Program-made: the position numbers and the translations under genes
Shown: positions 27,206 through 40,867 of the stretch, one piece after another
How the letters are laid out: every line of letters begins with the position of its first letter
Position numbering within the stretch: the first letter of the stretch is position 1
Notes under the pieces: model-generated
Told to the model about the DNA's origin: nothing
The model's input: the letters and a program-made list of their open reading frames with translations, nothing else
Database searches by the model: none
Assembly: GCA_043228905.1 (NCBI GenBank)
Contig: JBHGNT010000011.1
Coordinates: 13,888,001-13,952,000, forward strand
Length of the DNA: 64,000 bases
Reading direction: 5' to 3'
Source: Azolla caroliniana
Lineage: Eukaryota; Plantae; Polypodiophyta

Positions 27206-30200
27206 CTACCGATGTTGTTGTGATGCTTTGTTTCTGGAGAAGAATCTACTAAAGCCTTTGTTGCCTAGTCTTTCTGTAATGGATGCAGTTGAAGAGGGTT
27301 CGGGTGATGTCTCCCATGCTTTCAGGCTCAAGAACCTACCAGGAGATCTGGCTGGAGATTTCATCTGAAGAAGCAATGGGGCAATGGTAGAACTTCGATG
27401 ATGGTGCAGGATGTTCTCAGGATTTCTCTCCCATAATGAGGGATATGATTCATCATCTTGACCACCACAAGATAATGCTCCTCCTTGCCTCCCATGGCCC
27501 CTTAATGGGCTTATTTTGTTGCTAGGGTTGCTATCCTTATCTTCATCATCATCCATGCTATGAGATCGGTAGGCATTCCGTGGCAATCTATGAGGAAAAT
27601 GTCTGGTATGATCACTTGCTCTTCCTCCTAGTCCTTTCAATTGCTTCTCTATGGCAAGTATGGTCTGCTGGCATTCTGCTAGCTTCTCTGCGGCAGCTTC
27701 GATCTCTTGCTCCTGTCATAGAATGGGTTCTTGCTTTTATTTTTGTAGGAAAAAGAAACAAGACATTAGTTGCTAAATCACTATGTGCAAGTATATGAGC
27801 TTTACATATCCTATCCTAGAGCGATGTACCAGTAAGGATTATAACCTTCAAGGTATTGGAAGTTGAAAAAGCACCATTGATATAATGCTATGTTCATGGT
27901 AAGAAGCATTCATGGTTTTAGTTTTGATAAGTTCAGACTATATCACAAACCACATAATGTTAGTAATGTTATGTTCTTCATTAATTTTGAGATCATGTAC
28001 ACCGAGTCAGCTTATTCTCATAAAACATCCAACTTTAAACAGTTGAAAATGATGGCATTGCCTTAAAGGCCATGCTAAAAGCGTGGTCTATGCTTTATTG
28101 GACCCCAAACCATCATCTGGCTAATGGTGGGTCCATTCCAACCTCATCAGTTGTGACAAATGGGAGCCGGGAAAACCAAATAAGGAGTGTGTGAAAATCA
28201 CACCTTCACAAATGTAGGCACTTTAGAAAAATAAGGTGTGAATACATCATTTGAAGAGGTGGAATCATCACCTTTAATTATAATTGAGGGTCAGGACCTC
28301 ATGTTAGGTAAAGGAAGTCAATAAATAGAAGTGTTGGGCATATCACTTGTGTGTATTCCTTCTTTTTCAGTAAAGAATGTTGTAATATACATCACAAAAA
28401 AACCACACACTACATCAATTTGAAAATGTCACACTGGGGAGCAGATAAGTTGTACAGTAGCAATAGATGACGCAGGAACTTTTCCAGACAACTAACAAAG
28501 ATGAGAATCTTCATAACAAAGCTCCCTCCAAGTGAGACAGCATATGATTAATACACACTACCATGTTGGGCATAAAAAAAGGGATACATTGCCTTGGTTC
28601 TGATAGTTGTGCAAAACAGTCGAGAAGTTCATCAACAAACTAGGGTTCTGGCTGCAAAAGTGATAGGTCAATATATTCCAGGCAACCGGATGGCCAAATA
28701 TGTCCAAGAACAGTACAAAACTATCTATTCTATTCACTAGGAAATAAACACATCTTCATTAGGGATTGAAAACCAAGCAAAGATGGACTTCTAGTTTGAT
28801 TGAATGGATTAGTGAAAATTTTGTAATAAATTATACCTTTTTAGTCCCTGTTATTGAGTCACCCACAGCTGCTTCAGGTAGTATTGATTCTTCATGTACC
28901 CCTGTAGACTCTCTTTCCCTAAGATCACAATTAAAAGAGAGAAAAAAGAACCAATCAAGCCAACAAACATTATCCTATAAAATACATTAGGCCTGCTTTC
29001 TTTACCTTGCTGAGAAAGAATTTTGTTCCAAGAGATCTTGATACATTGCTTCTATATCTCTACGGCATTGTATTTCATCTTGGAGTTGCGATTCTAAACA
29101 AAGAGACCTTTCTTCAAGTTTCTTTACATCATCTTTGACCTCAGAAAGCTGTGACTCGAGTTCCTTCTTTGAGGCAGCAAGGTTTTCCATATTGATCACA
29201 AGGGACTCTTTGCTTTCCAGTACTGATGAAAGAGTGATGGTTGATGTCTCCAACTGAGCTTTCAATGGTGCAAAATCTTTTATTACTGGACACTTTTCCT
29301 CAGCAGTATCTTTCTCTAGTTTCAACTTAGTCAATTCCTTTTTTAGGATATGAGAGTTTGTCATCATTTCCACATCAGTAGCTCTACAAGAATTCTTTTG
29401 TAATGTGCTTTCTTGGTCAGGATGCCTTTCTACAGTACTTTTATTACAATCACCTAGGGTCTTGATTGTTTGAGAATCATTTAGACCATTAAAAACGTGA
29501 TTCACTAACCAATCTAGTGCCGATGCCATTTCAGCAAGAAAGTCCATTATGTCCACTTTGTCAAGTAAAGCCCCCTGACATAATGTAATGAGGCTTTGTA
29601 CACAAGCATTGAATTCTGATGTTCTTTCTTGCTTAAAGAGGAAATTGGGATTCTCTCCATTAGCAGTCTGAGCATCATAATCAATTTGTGATAAGGCTTC
29701 GATGAGTTGAACCACCTTGTGCATTGCTAAGCCCAGGTCTTGACTAGTTTCTTTACCTTTTAATGCACCGTTTGAGGCATCTTGTCTGGAAATACTCTCT
29801 TCCGAGGCGCAGCTAGAGAAGCCACTGGGTGACCACACCCTTATATCCCTTACCTCTGCTGAGTCCATTTCATTGCCAAGATTTTCTAAGCCTCCAACTT
29901 CATTCAAATGGCTTCTTACTTCATCAGATACTTGATCTGAATCTGTATGAATTCGGGCTTCAATGCTGGAATGTTCCCTAAGCACTGTATGGACATCAGG
30001 AAGCATTGATGCAAGCTTTTCCATTTCAGTGAAATCGTCCATCAATTCAGAGCTACATGATTCCTCCACCATTGATCCAGTGATGGAACTACCCTTCTTC
30101 CTAGTAAACTGGGCCAGCTCAGAGATAAGTGCACTAGCCCATGATTCTGCACAATTGTTTTCATTCTCTTGAATTCCATCCTCGGATATAGAGATAATAC

Positions 30201-33200
30201 TTGGTTTCTGGTTTGGTATGATGTGCATAGAACCCAAGAAGCCAGGACTCTGGGATCTATTCATACCACTCATTGCTGATGACTGATCCTTCATTTGCTC
30301 CTCTACCAAGGAAAGCTTATCGGCAGTATGAGCAAATAACATTCTCGAAGCATCAAGTGCATTATGACTTTTCCTGAGTGCCTCTTGCAATGCCTTGTTT
30401 TCTTCAGCCATTGTCGAAATCTGACCTCCATCCATCCATACATTATTGGTTCGTCCATACGAAGGAGGCATTCTTCTTCCTTTCTCATCAACCTCCATTC
30501 GCATTTGAGCTACTGCAGTTGGTCCTGGAAGCTTCCTTTGCACAAGTATACGGAGGCGTTCGCATTCAGATTCTAGCTTAGCGGTCCTTTTCACACTCTC
30601 CAAATGCTGTTTGTTAGCAGCTTCTATTACCTTCTTGCTGCATTGCATCTCCTCATTTCTAATATCCAACTCCTTTCTCACCACTTGAAACTCAAATTTC
30701 CATTTGGTTTGCTCCTTCTCCGCCATGTCTAGCCTCACTTGTAGTAGCTTGATCTCTTCTTCACTCCTACGTCTGGCCTCTCTAGCTTCTTGGATGGTTC
30801 TAGCCCTTTCTTGAAGTAACTTGGTCATTGCAACCTTCTCTGCCTCTGCCTCCAGAATATTACTGTTAAGCTTAGCAATCTCCAGTTTTAATTCCTCGCA
30901 TACTTCTTCCCATTCTTTGGTTGTTTTGATCATCATCTCTTGTATCCTTTGTTCCTGCTGCTCTCGGAGTTGCCGAAGCTGCTTCATGCATTCCTTCAAT
31001 GCACCATCTAAATGTGAAACCCGATCCTCCGCTGCAAGTTTCTTTTGGGTTTCCACATCCAGCTGTTGCCTCATGTTGGCAGTCTCAGATTCGGCCTTTT
31101 CCCATCCTGAAATAATAGATTGTAAGATATATATAAGTTTGATCCAACTTCATCATTCAAGTGAAATAAAGCCCTTGGTTAGGGTCTGTGTTTATTCCAC
31201 ACACCATAGACATCTTGATTCTAGCACATTGAAGTAATATAAATAATAGAAAAGCAAAACTATAATTTTCATCCTGAAATGTAGACATTTTCAAACTAGG
31301 CTTCTCAAAACAACTGAATGCCTCTTTTGAGGAAACTAAACTTGACTCTATGTTTCATCCACCATAATTCATAATTGTCGCTTGAGAATATGCATAACTA
31401 AATGATTTTCCTCCTTTTAAGCTTGATCAGACTTCTGGTGATAAACTCTAAAGGCCTTCGTCCATACCATAGCCATCAACATTGATTGTGTGAGCATCCA
31501 AGCTATTTTTTATATAAAAAAGCACAATGATTATTTCATCCTGAAATACTGGCTTTCTGATATCTTTTCGGCCCACAATTCTCCAAACATAGACCAGGTC
31601 TCTTTGGAGTGGATATCCTACTAAAGAGATGTTCCATGCATTATAGGTTATCCTTAGCAGTTGGAAATCTGCTTTGCGAAATGAATTTTCCCATTTTATA
31701 AGCTTGATCAACAGTCAATCTACATTGCAGCCACCCAAAGGCCTTCCAAATAGCTATCAAGATTATCTTGATATGAATTAGCCTCCAATAATGTAGCTTT
31801 TGTATGCTCCTAACCTCCTATCGATTTCTCATTCCTCCTTCCTATCGATGTCTCCTCCATTTAAGTGGTAGTCCATAACTTGATAATCTGTGATCTGCTT
31901 GAGATATATGTGTGCTAGTTATATGTGGTTGGGTGGAGGGTAAACCTCTAGCCTTGTACATATATTTCATGAGTTCAAATATGTGAAGTTAAGAAAGTTT
32001 GCTATCATCACAAACATAACGACCTAAAGCCTTTGTTTCTTTTTTATCAGTATGGCTTACCTGACACAGCTTCTTCTGCAACTTTTGCATGTTGTAGAAT
32101 AACACCATCCTTAGAAATCAGCTGTTCAGTGAGGATTTTGATCTTTGCCTCAGCTTGTTGCAGGGGAGTAATGCCATTTGGCTGGTCTTTGAGTTGCATC
32201 CGTGATTCCTAACCAAATTCCAAATTAGATAGAGATCACAGTGAGCATGAGCAAGAAGGGAATCTAAATCTTCTCTACAAACTTAAAAGTAGAAGATATA
32301 AAAGGTGACTCGACCAGATTCACCTCTAAACCAAAGAAGGTGTGAGTTAGGGTAAGAAGGAAATGGGATGCACGACAGTTTTTTCCTTTGCAAAATAAAT
32401 AATCATAAATTAAACATAGAAAAGGAGGAAAGTATGCAACCACAAGTGTCTATTAATCCACCTTCAAATGGAGCCAGAGTTAAGCTGAGATTGGCTGGAT
32501 GATGTAACAAGAAACATTGTGCAGATCATACTTTATTGCCAATACATAATAAATAATAAATAAAAATTGCAAAAAAGAAGAAGGAAAGAATGCAATCAAC
32601 AAGAAGTTGAAGCCACCTCCAAAAACAACTAGGATTAAGATTGATTTAAGAAGAAATACAATGCAGAACATTTTTTTCGATTTGAAAAAAATAATCAACA
32701 TCACAAAAAATGTGCATATGATTGCAATGAAACTGTCTATGGACAATTTAATCAAATAAACAATACATTCTTTTTTCATTTTTTGGCAAATAGATTGTGA
32801 CACCAATAGCAGAGGTCTATTCAATCAAATCAAGGACTGAATGTTCTTTGTCAGTGCAAAAATTAAACGTTTCCTAATGTTACAGAGATTTCGCGGTAAT
32901 ACAAAACCATAACATTAGAGAGAGGTATGGTTAGTTAATTGTATTGAATTGGAAGGGTATAGTTAGTTAATTGTATAACATTGGAGGGGTTTCGCTAGTT
33001 AATTGGATGGCATTGGAGGGGTATAGTCAATTAATTGTATAGCATTTGAGGTGCACAGTTAGTTAATTGTATAGATTGGAGAGGTATGGTTAGTTAATTG
33101 TACAGCATTGGAGAGGTATGGTTAGTTAATTGTACAGCATTGGAGAAGTGTGGTTAGTTGACATTGGAAAATTAAGGTTACTTAATTGTATACCATTAGC

Positions 33201-33536
33201 GGAATGGGTTGTTCATTAAGTAAGATTAGATCAGCTGTCGTTAAATTGAATAAGATTAGAGCAGTTGCTATTAATGGAATAAGATTAGAGAGGAATGGTT
33301 AATTAATTCAATACACGATAAATGTAGAGATAGATAGATAGATTATATTATCTATCTTCGGAGGTCAAATATGACCTATGAGACCAAAAATATTACATTT
33401 CACATGATATGTGTGAAAGAGAGGGAAGAGAGTTTTTGAGACTTACCAGTTGCTCATTGCTCTGCCTGAACTCTAGAGCAGCAGATGCAATCTGCTCATT
33501 GATCTTCTTCTTCCATGGCCACACTCTTCTTTCCAT
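27206..33536 (-). CDS. FPP: Filament-like plant protein (FPP/DUF869 long coiled-coil), 975 aa
   Basis: Exons 33536-33447, 32208-32061, 31106-29006, 28918-28837, 27712-27206; GT-AG; 2928 nt. Motifs MERRVWPWKKK, QHAKVAEEAVSGWEKAE, RVSHLDGALKECM, RKLPGP.A.AQMR.EV, SWASALISEL, LMDDF.EMEKLA, AAAEKLAECQ.TI. Confidence 0.95.
32913..33197. repeat. 32-bp minisatellite (about 9 units) in FPP intron 1
   Basis: Consensus CATTGGAGAGGTATGGTTAGTTAATTGTACAG; the TTAATTG core recurs at 32935, 32967, 32999, 33031, 33063, 33094 and 33126. Confidence 0.92.
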
Positions 33537-33632
33537 ATCAGAGAGAACACAAGGGAGGGAGAGAGAGGGAGAGAGAGAGAGAGAGGAGAGGAGAGGAGAG
33601 TCTCTTCTCTTCTGGGTCTGGGAGACGCTTTT

Positions 33633-33634
<2 letters not shown>

Positions 33635-33688
<54 letters not shown>
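33635..33688. repeat. (CT)27 microsatellite (GA on the FPP sense strand, 5' region)
   Basis: Direct read of the sequence. Confidence 0.95.
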
Positions 33689-33691
<3 letters not shown>

Positions 33692-35806
33692 GCTGTGTCT
33701 CTGTTCTGTCTGTCCCTGGGTCTTAGCTCCAGAAAGGGTGCATTGGTTTTGGGGAAAAGGAAGGAATGAATGGGTGGAAAGCTGTTTCTAATAGTAGTAA
33801 GAGGAGGAAGAAGAAGAAGAAGGAAGAAGGAAGAAGAGTAGATGGATATGTGTATGGTAGATCAAAACACAAATACACACCCATCTATCCATCAAATTAA
33901 TCCACCAATCTTTCAGGCCTTCTCTCTCTCTCTCTCTCTTGTGTGTGTGTGTGTATGTGCGCGCGCGTGCGTGTTGGGGATCGATCGGTAGATAGATCAA
34001 TTCCAGCTATAGCTTTGGGTGTTAATGAATTGGCCCTTGTATTTACATTATGTGTGGTGGGGCGTTGGTGGCCATGGTGGGGGGGGGTAGCTCTAATAAT
34101 TGCGCTTTACGGAGAAGCTTTGCACATTATTCGGTGTAGGACAAACCGACACACGAGGCAGAAGAGTGTGTAATTGATGGAGACAACAACGAAAAACAAA
34201 CAAAAAAAAAAGACATAGGAAATGAAGAGAGTGGCGATTTCCAGTGAACGGATAGGTGAATGAATGCATGCATCCATTCGTATAGAAAAGAGATGGATTC
34301 TATGTGTGATGGAGAATGTCATCGAGAGAATCAGTTGTTATCCTTTATTGCAATTGCTCTTTCTTTTTGAAAGTCTTCAACACAATGTGCAATGTTCCTA
34401 CATACCTTAGGGGTGTTTTTAAGTGGGTGAGAGAGTTTAATTCCGAGATAGGGTGTGTGTATGAGAGTGTGTATGAGAGATATAAAGGTTAATGAGGACC
34501 TAAGGTTTTGGATTATTCTAGTCATAAGGTGATGGGAACATTGAGTATCTTAGGAGACCAAATAGTTAATGTTTTCTATAGCCATATATTGAATATTCAA
34601 TCATGCCTTCCCGCTTCAAAAGTTTTCTATTGTTGTTTCATCCCCTTGCAATAGAGTAGACGTGTTTGAATCAAAAGTCTTCTAGTGTGTTTTTTTTCCC
34701 AAAAACAAAACTCCTTCCATTAGTTATAAAATTTTTACAATTGAGAATTTTATATTCAAAAGTCTTCTAGTGTTGATTTTTTCCCTTGCATGAAATTGTC
34801 AATTTTCCAACTTCTCAAGTAACATGAACTTTCACAACTTCAAAATTCAACATTGCCTCTTGACATGTCAAAGAACTTGAATTGTATCCCTCTTAAACGA
34901 TTGTGTTTTGATTCCATCTTACAAATAAGTTAAGTTTGGTTTTGTTATAGTGTATCCATTTTAGTTAAAGATAGGTAATAAGTAGTTAACAAGTCAAAAA
35001 GTTTAGTTACCATGTGCATCCACTTTGATTTAATGTGGCAGTCCAACATGTCATCATGGAGATTCATGCTCTATCATTCCATCAAAGCTTGAAAGCTTAT
35101 TTAATAACTTAAGGCTTTACCTCTTGTAAATATTTGACTATTACACTACATTTTGTATAATCACAAGCGAGAACGATAGAGAAAGAGGAGAGCATAAGTC
35201 AAATTCTAAAGTATGTTTGGCAAAGACAAAAATCATGCATTGCATGCTTGCATACCCATCCTCACATAGCAAATAATGCCAAATAGGTAGTTTTGAATGT
35301 CAAAGCATGTGGGTCGCCAAAAATATGTTTTACCTCTAGTACAAGATTGTATACACACACATTGCGCAAACCGGGCCATCTGAGATGGATGTGTCAATTG
35401 TTTGGAGATCGTGTGGCTAATTGTTAGAATGATGTGACATGACCTTTAGGGGGAGACGTATACCAAAGATTTATAATAATACCACGGTTTTGAATGCATG
35501 ACTTTGAAATGAAATGCTCATACCCAAAAAACAACAAGAGAGAATTTGAAAGAGCAACTTTAAATCCAAGAGAAATAAACTAGGTTAGAGATGAATAGAG
35601 GATGAACAAAAGGTGATTTGCAAAGTGCCTATGTGTGAGTGGGGAGAGTCAAAGTGGGTGTAGGTCACTCTCAATCAATTTTGTTTCGCGAAAGTAAGCA
35701 TGTAACCCACATTCATCTAGCAAAATAAGCAAGCTACAAAATAGGTGGGTTTCGATTAGGCAATTTAGGTCTATTGAACATGATGTTACTTGATGTTTGT
35801 TTCTGG

Positions 35807-35901
35807 ACATGATGGAAATACCCAAAGGATATGGTGGTCATGATGGAGAATACCCCAAGGATATGGTAGACATGATGGAAAATACCTCAAGGATATGGTG
35901 G
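35807..35901. repeat. About 31-bp tandem repeat x3
   Basis: GACATGATGGA.AATACC.CAAGGATATGGT repeated three times. Confidence 0.85.
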
Positions 35902-38900
35902 GCTCATCAATTTCAATTTCCTTCCATTTTAGCTCATTTGATTGCTATTTTTTTACATTACAAAGGTTTTCATTTCAAACATCAGATCATATCTTTTTGT
36001 TATTCTAAGGTAGAAAATTGTACCTTGGATTGATGAAGCAAGAAGCATTAGAGGTGATGATGATATATTGTTGGCCTCAAGAGGTTACAGAAATGCCCAA
36101 AGGGAGAGGATAGAAAAAGAGGACAATACTAAACATTGTCTTCTTCTTTTTCGAGATGGGATTGGATGTGCAAAAAACATAACATTACAGAATTGGTAGA
36201 AACATTCATGGAATTCTTAATCAACTTTAAACCGTAAAGTGTGAATGAGTGTGGGGCAATGCCCATGGTTTGATAAAATCGTTTAATATTTAAAAAGGAA
36301 CACATGGCTACCATTTTCTGCTAGGCCATAACTTTAAATATTTTTGACGATTATTGTTGTTTTTTCATGTTTCCTTTTTTAAGAAGACATTGTCATTCTT
36401 AAAGGGGATTTCTACCTCTCCAAAAGTGTGAGTAACATGGGGTCCATAAAAAGATTGAAACCTTCGTTTTTACTTGAAATGCCTTAATGGTTCAGTTATT
36501 TTCTCTTTCCCTAGTCTAAGCATTATAGCCCACCTATCGTATTGGCCAATTTACTTCTATTGCAAAAGGATCAATAAAGCACGCCTTTTCTCACCTTTCA
36601 AAAATGTTTGGGCAAGGGTTAGTGCGTATTGGTTACAAGAAAAAGAAGTATGCATGTTCCTTCTTCTCATATATATAATATAATACATATGCTTTATAGT
36701 TCATTTGCTTTGGTTTAAATTTTTGTCATCTACACGTTAGGATATATGATATCAATTATTGTAAACTCTCGATCAATATCTAACCTTGCCAATGAAATTC
36801 ATTTTTTGCAATCCCCCAATCGATTTTTTTAAAAGCTTTTATGACAAATCAAGTGTACCAATATATTTTTAAGCCACCATTGTTTGCCTTTTCATGCACA
36901 ATTGAGGTACTCAATATTTGATGCTATATAAATGAAAGCTAGTGCAAAATTGAAGGTTATCATGATATATTGAGTAATATCAAGATTTAAGCTTAATATG
37001 AGATGTGCAATTCTTTCACGAAAGCTAATAGGGAAGTATTATTAAATGTCTCTCCATACACATGCATTCGTTGCATCATTTAAAGGCGGTGTCTGCAAAT
37101 TGAATAGAAAACAATATAATATGTTCAATTCATGGAATTTTAGTAAAGAAAAGATTTTCTAGTTAGGCCTTGAATGCGTGTGATACACATTATTTATATT
37201 TACATTGAACCCCTTGTGGGTACTAGAATTACAATTCATAAAATTGTTCTAAATGTGGCGGAACAAAGGTTTACATGTCTTGGTTTCTAAACATGGAAGA
37301 GGAAAGAGACAAGGGTAGAATGAAAAAATCAATCAACATTAGAAATCATTAGATGGAAGAAGAGTTGAGCGAGTGAACAAAGCAACAAACACTTGATATC
37401 ATACAAACCTATAAAAGAAAGTAAAATTCCGATTTTTTCCATTTAAGCAAATAAAGGATTAGTGAAGGGTTTGTCTTCTTATGCATATCTATTGTGTTCT
37501 ACCAAAATATTACTCAAGTGAACTTTGTATACATGTGGAGGACTATACATTTCAATATTATTTCAACATGATTGTGCCCCTTAACCCTGGTTTAATTGGT
37601 TTTATTCTTTGTTTTCATAATGCATTGCTCATAACAATATCTTGCTCCTCGCATGCCTTACAAAAACGCCACAATACTAGCAAAAGTGGGGACTTGATGC
37701 GATAAAGGGACTTTCAAAAAAGAAAATGGTAATAAAATATCTGGAAAGGCGCTATGTCCTTTTGGTTTCATATCTTTAGGATTCTAGGGTTAATATTTAA
37801 CATATCTTTGTTTTATTCTTAAAATCACCTAGTTGAAGAGAAGCCAAAATGGCGAAGTTGATGTAGGCTATATGCACATATATAAGATAGAAATATGCAT
37901 CTTTATATTTGGAAGTGGTTGTAGTATAATCCTACCCACGTTTTGGAAAATACTTAACATCATAATCTCTTAAAGAAAAATTAAAGAGAAGCAGCCAAGG
38001 TATAGATGTTGGATCAAAAAATGACTATTATAGTGTATTTTGCATATGAAGAAGTTAAAAGGGCAACCTCACATGGTGATTTTAACATACAAGTGGACGT
38101 GCACGAAGCTAGGCTTCCAACATCAACTGCAACACTATTTGTTCATTTACTATGCCAACATCCATCGCGCTCCAATATAACAATCAAGTTGTTGGAATAA
38201 AACAATCCGCATTGACAATCAATATTGCAGTGTTGAACACTTAGGTGTGATGATCATGTGGCATCCAAGCTTGAGAGGATCAACTGAGACATAGCCTTGA
38301 CTAGAAAATAGGCCAATATTTGGAAATGAGATCTATCCACATTGATTGAGTGTCAAAAACATTCAAACAAAATTTGTTCATGCAATGTTTTAGATCATCT
38401 TGATTGCATCCTTGCAACTACATCCCATCATCATTTTTGCACTCGAGTCTACTACCTCCATTATCAAAATCCTCAAAACTTCATCACCATCATCTTCAAC
38501 TTGTGTTCACTTCATGAATACTCCCGTTGCTTCCCCCATTCTTGTCTTCATCTCGCAAATTGTGTGTCATATCACCATTTGTGCCCGACCTATATATGTC
38601 GTTCCTTGTTTTGACTTTTGAATATGACATTTCACGATAACCTATAAGCACAAATACCAACCACAATTCATAATCATTTCGAACGTGTTCATCTAAGATC
38701 CTTGTGTTTTTTTGGTGTCTTTCATTTGCCATCATCAATGTCCTTAATTGCGATAGATATTGCATTTATGATGTTTACCTTGTTCAAAAACATTGTACAA
38801 ATCTTTTCTTGCACTATTGTTTTTTTTGTCATTGCAAATATCTAGTCAATTCTACCTTGCCTAGCTATAACTTTCAAACACTATAAACAAATGGAAGCAT

Positions 38901-39585
38901 CAAGATTTTCATCATAGCATTGGGACATGTCAAGGTACTACCTCTATAGAAATCATGTTTTTTGGTACATTTGTATACATACAATAATATATTTTGAAAA
39001 CATTTTTATGTGATATTCTAAACAAAATGGCATTGGGTGTAAATTGTTTTATGATCAAGTACACAATGGTATACAGTTCATAAGATAAGTACTTTGTGAA
39101 CCCCTAATGCTCTTTAAATAATGAAGTTATACAAAATGGTTTCAATCATGGCACAATCAAATCTCTTTCTTTCTCTCTCTAGAACATCTTATGAACTAAA
39201 AAATATTTTGTGGTAACAATCGTGTCAATTGTCCTTGTCAAATTTCCTGACACAACACTTAAGATATGTGTTAAGTTACCTTGATATAAGTTGACAAATA
39301 TGCTTTACCTTGATATATATATAAACTATAGAAAAGTCGTCTACGATTTATTGTGAGGTCGAGTTATTTGAATTGATTTGTTGTAAGAACATATGCTTAA
39401 ACACCTCCAAATAACACAAGAAGAAAATTTCTAATTATGTGTTTATTAGCATTTGGAGGTGATGGTCCCCTATATTTGTTGACTAGCATGATCTCATAAG
39501 ACTAGCTATATTCCTATGTGGCCAATAATCGGATCATGTCCACTATTCCTTTAATTTTCTTGAGTCATGTGCCATCAACTAGATG

Positions 39586-39697
39586 TGCTTTTGACTAAAG
39601 ATCAAGGATCATATTGTATACACTCATTAGATACCTATATGTAGTTAGGTATCTAAGGAGTGTATACAATATGATCCTTGATCTTTAGTCAAAAGCA
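39586..39697. repeat. Near-perfect inverted repeat (52-bp arms, 8-nt loop)
   Basis: 39586-39637 is the reverse complement of 39646-39697 with one mismatch. Confidence 0.95.
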
Positions 39698-39835
39698 AAA
39701 AACATCCAAGATGGACACAATATAAAATCCGAGTAGTGTAATATCTTTGTACTATCTAACTCATTTACCATTCACACATTTTCAATGAACATTTTTTGCT
39801 CTCGATATCATCTCTAGATTAGGTGATAGATCCTA

Positions 39836-40867
39836 TGTTACGGGCATGGCCATAAATTATCTCGTGGTAAGATTGTACCGAAGTATTCTATACACGTGGA
39901 TAAAGTGTGAGGTTTAAACGAGAGTGTAAAGAAGGGAGGATTACTTTTAATCCTAGGAATTGAGACAAACCATTAAGGCCAAGTGTGAACTTGCTTGGGG
40001 GCCTTAGGTCTGGCGATAAATATGAGGCCTAACAACCCTCATTTGACATATTATCGATTATGTCGAGACTTGGATCTTGTGGTGATCAACATCAGGTATG
40101 ACTCGATGCCACGACGGTGGTATGGGATGCTGATCGAGGCTCGAGTCCATCTCGATCCCTTCGCTCAGGGGTTGTCGGGTGGATTGGCACCCTTCTTTCC
40201 CTTTCCTCTATATGCTTACATTAGGATTAAGCTCTAATAGTTGGTATTAGAGCATTTTTCCTAATGTTTCTTTTGTTGGATAGTGATCGATCGATGTTTG
40301 CTTGAGTTGGATCTAGATTCACATCAACAAAGGAACTTTGATATTTTCCTTTATTATTATTTTTTCTATTATTCTTCTCCCATTCTAATCATGTTTATGT
40401 CATTATGTAATCATTTTAATGATTCAATCATTTTGTAGTGGTAATAGTTTGGTTGTGTAAAACATATACATATGTGTATGAGGTCAATACCTCGATTGAC
40501 ATATATTTGATATGTGATTTGTGTCATATGTGTGTGAGGTCAATACCTCAATTACATATTACGTTCACGTACATATGTTATGTATGCGTATGAGGTCAAT
40601 ACCTCAATTGCTATATATTTTATATGTGATCTGTGTCCTACGCTTAAGAGGTCAATACGTTGGTTGCGTATTACATTCACCCTTATTTTGGATGTTGTGT
40701 GTGTGTAGAGGCTATATGCCTTGATCATGTATCTCGATTACATCGTTGGTTGGTTACGTTTTGTTAACGATTCTTTGATATATACACATATGTAATCACA
40801 TGTATACATATTAATCATATACATGTCATAAACATATATATGTGTGTATATTAGGAATTTGTTACAT
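39836..40867 (+). mobile_element. Chromovirus-family 5' LTR (39836-40239), tRNA-iMet PBS (40242-40253) and leader; interrupted by element D
   Basis: LTR is homologous to 52490-52904; it is followed by TGGTATTAGAGC (canonical TGGTATCAGAGC). The leader carries repeated TGAGGTCAATACCTC motifs (40478-40660). Confidence 0.85.

Noticed and set aside
29002-31074. Stand-alone 690-aa coiled-coil gene
   Set aside because: It is exon 3 of the five-exon FPP gene.
32913-33197. CRISPR-like periodic repeat
   Set aside because: Units abut without unique spacers, no cas genes are present, and it lies in a plant intron; it is a minisatellite.
38000-38800. Possible MULE transposase relic (VDV...CT...PCEVA, SWIM-like)
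   Set aside because: Too degenerate; no DDE motifs or TIRs could be confirmed by eye.
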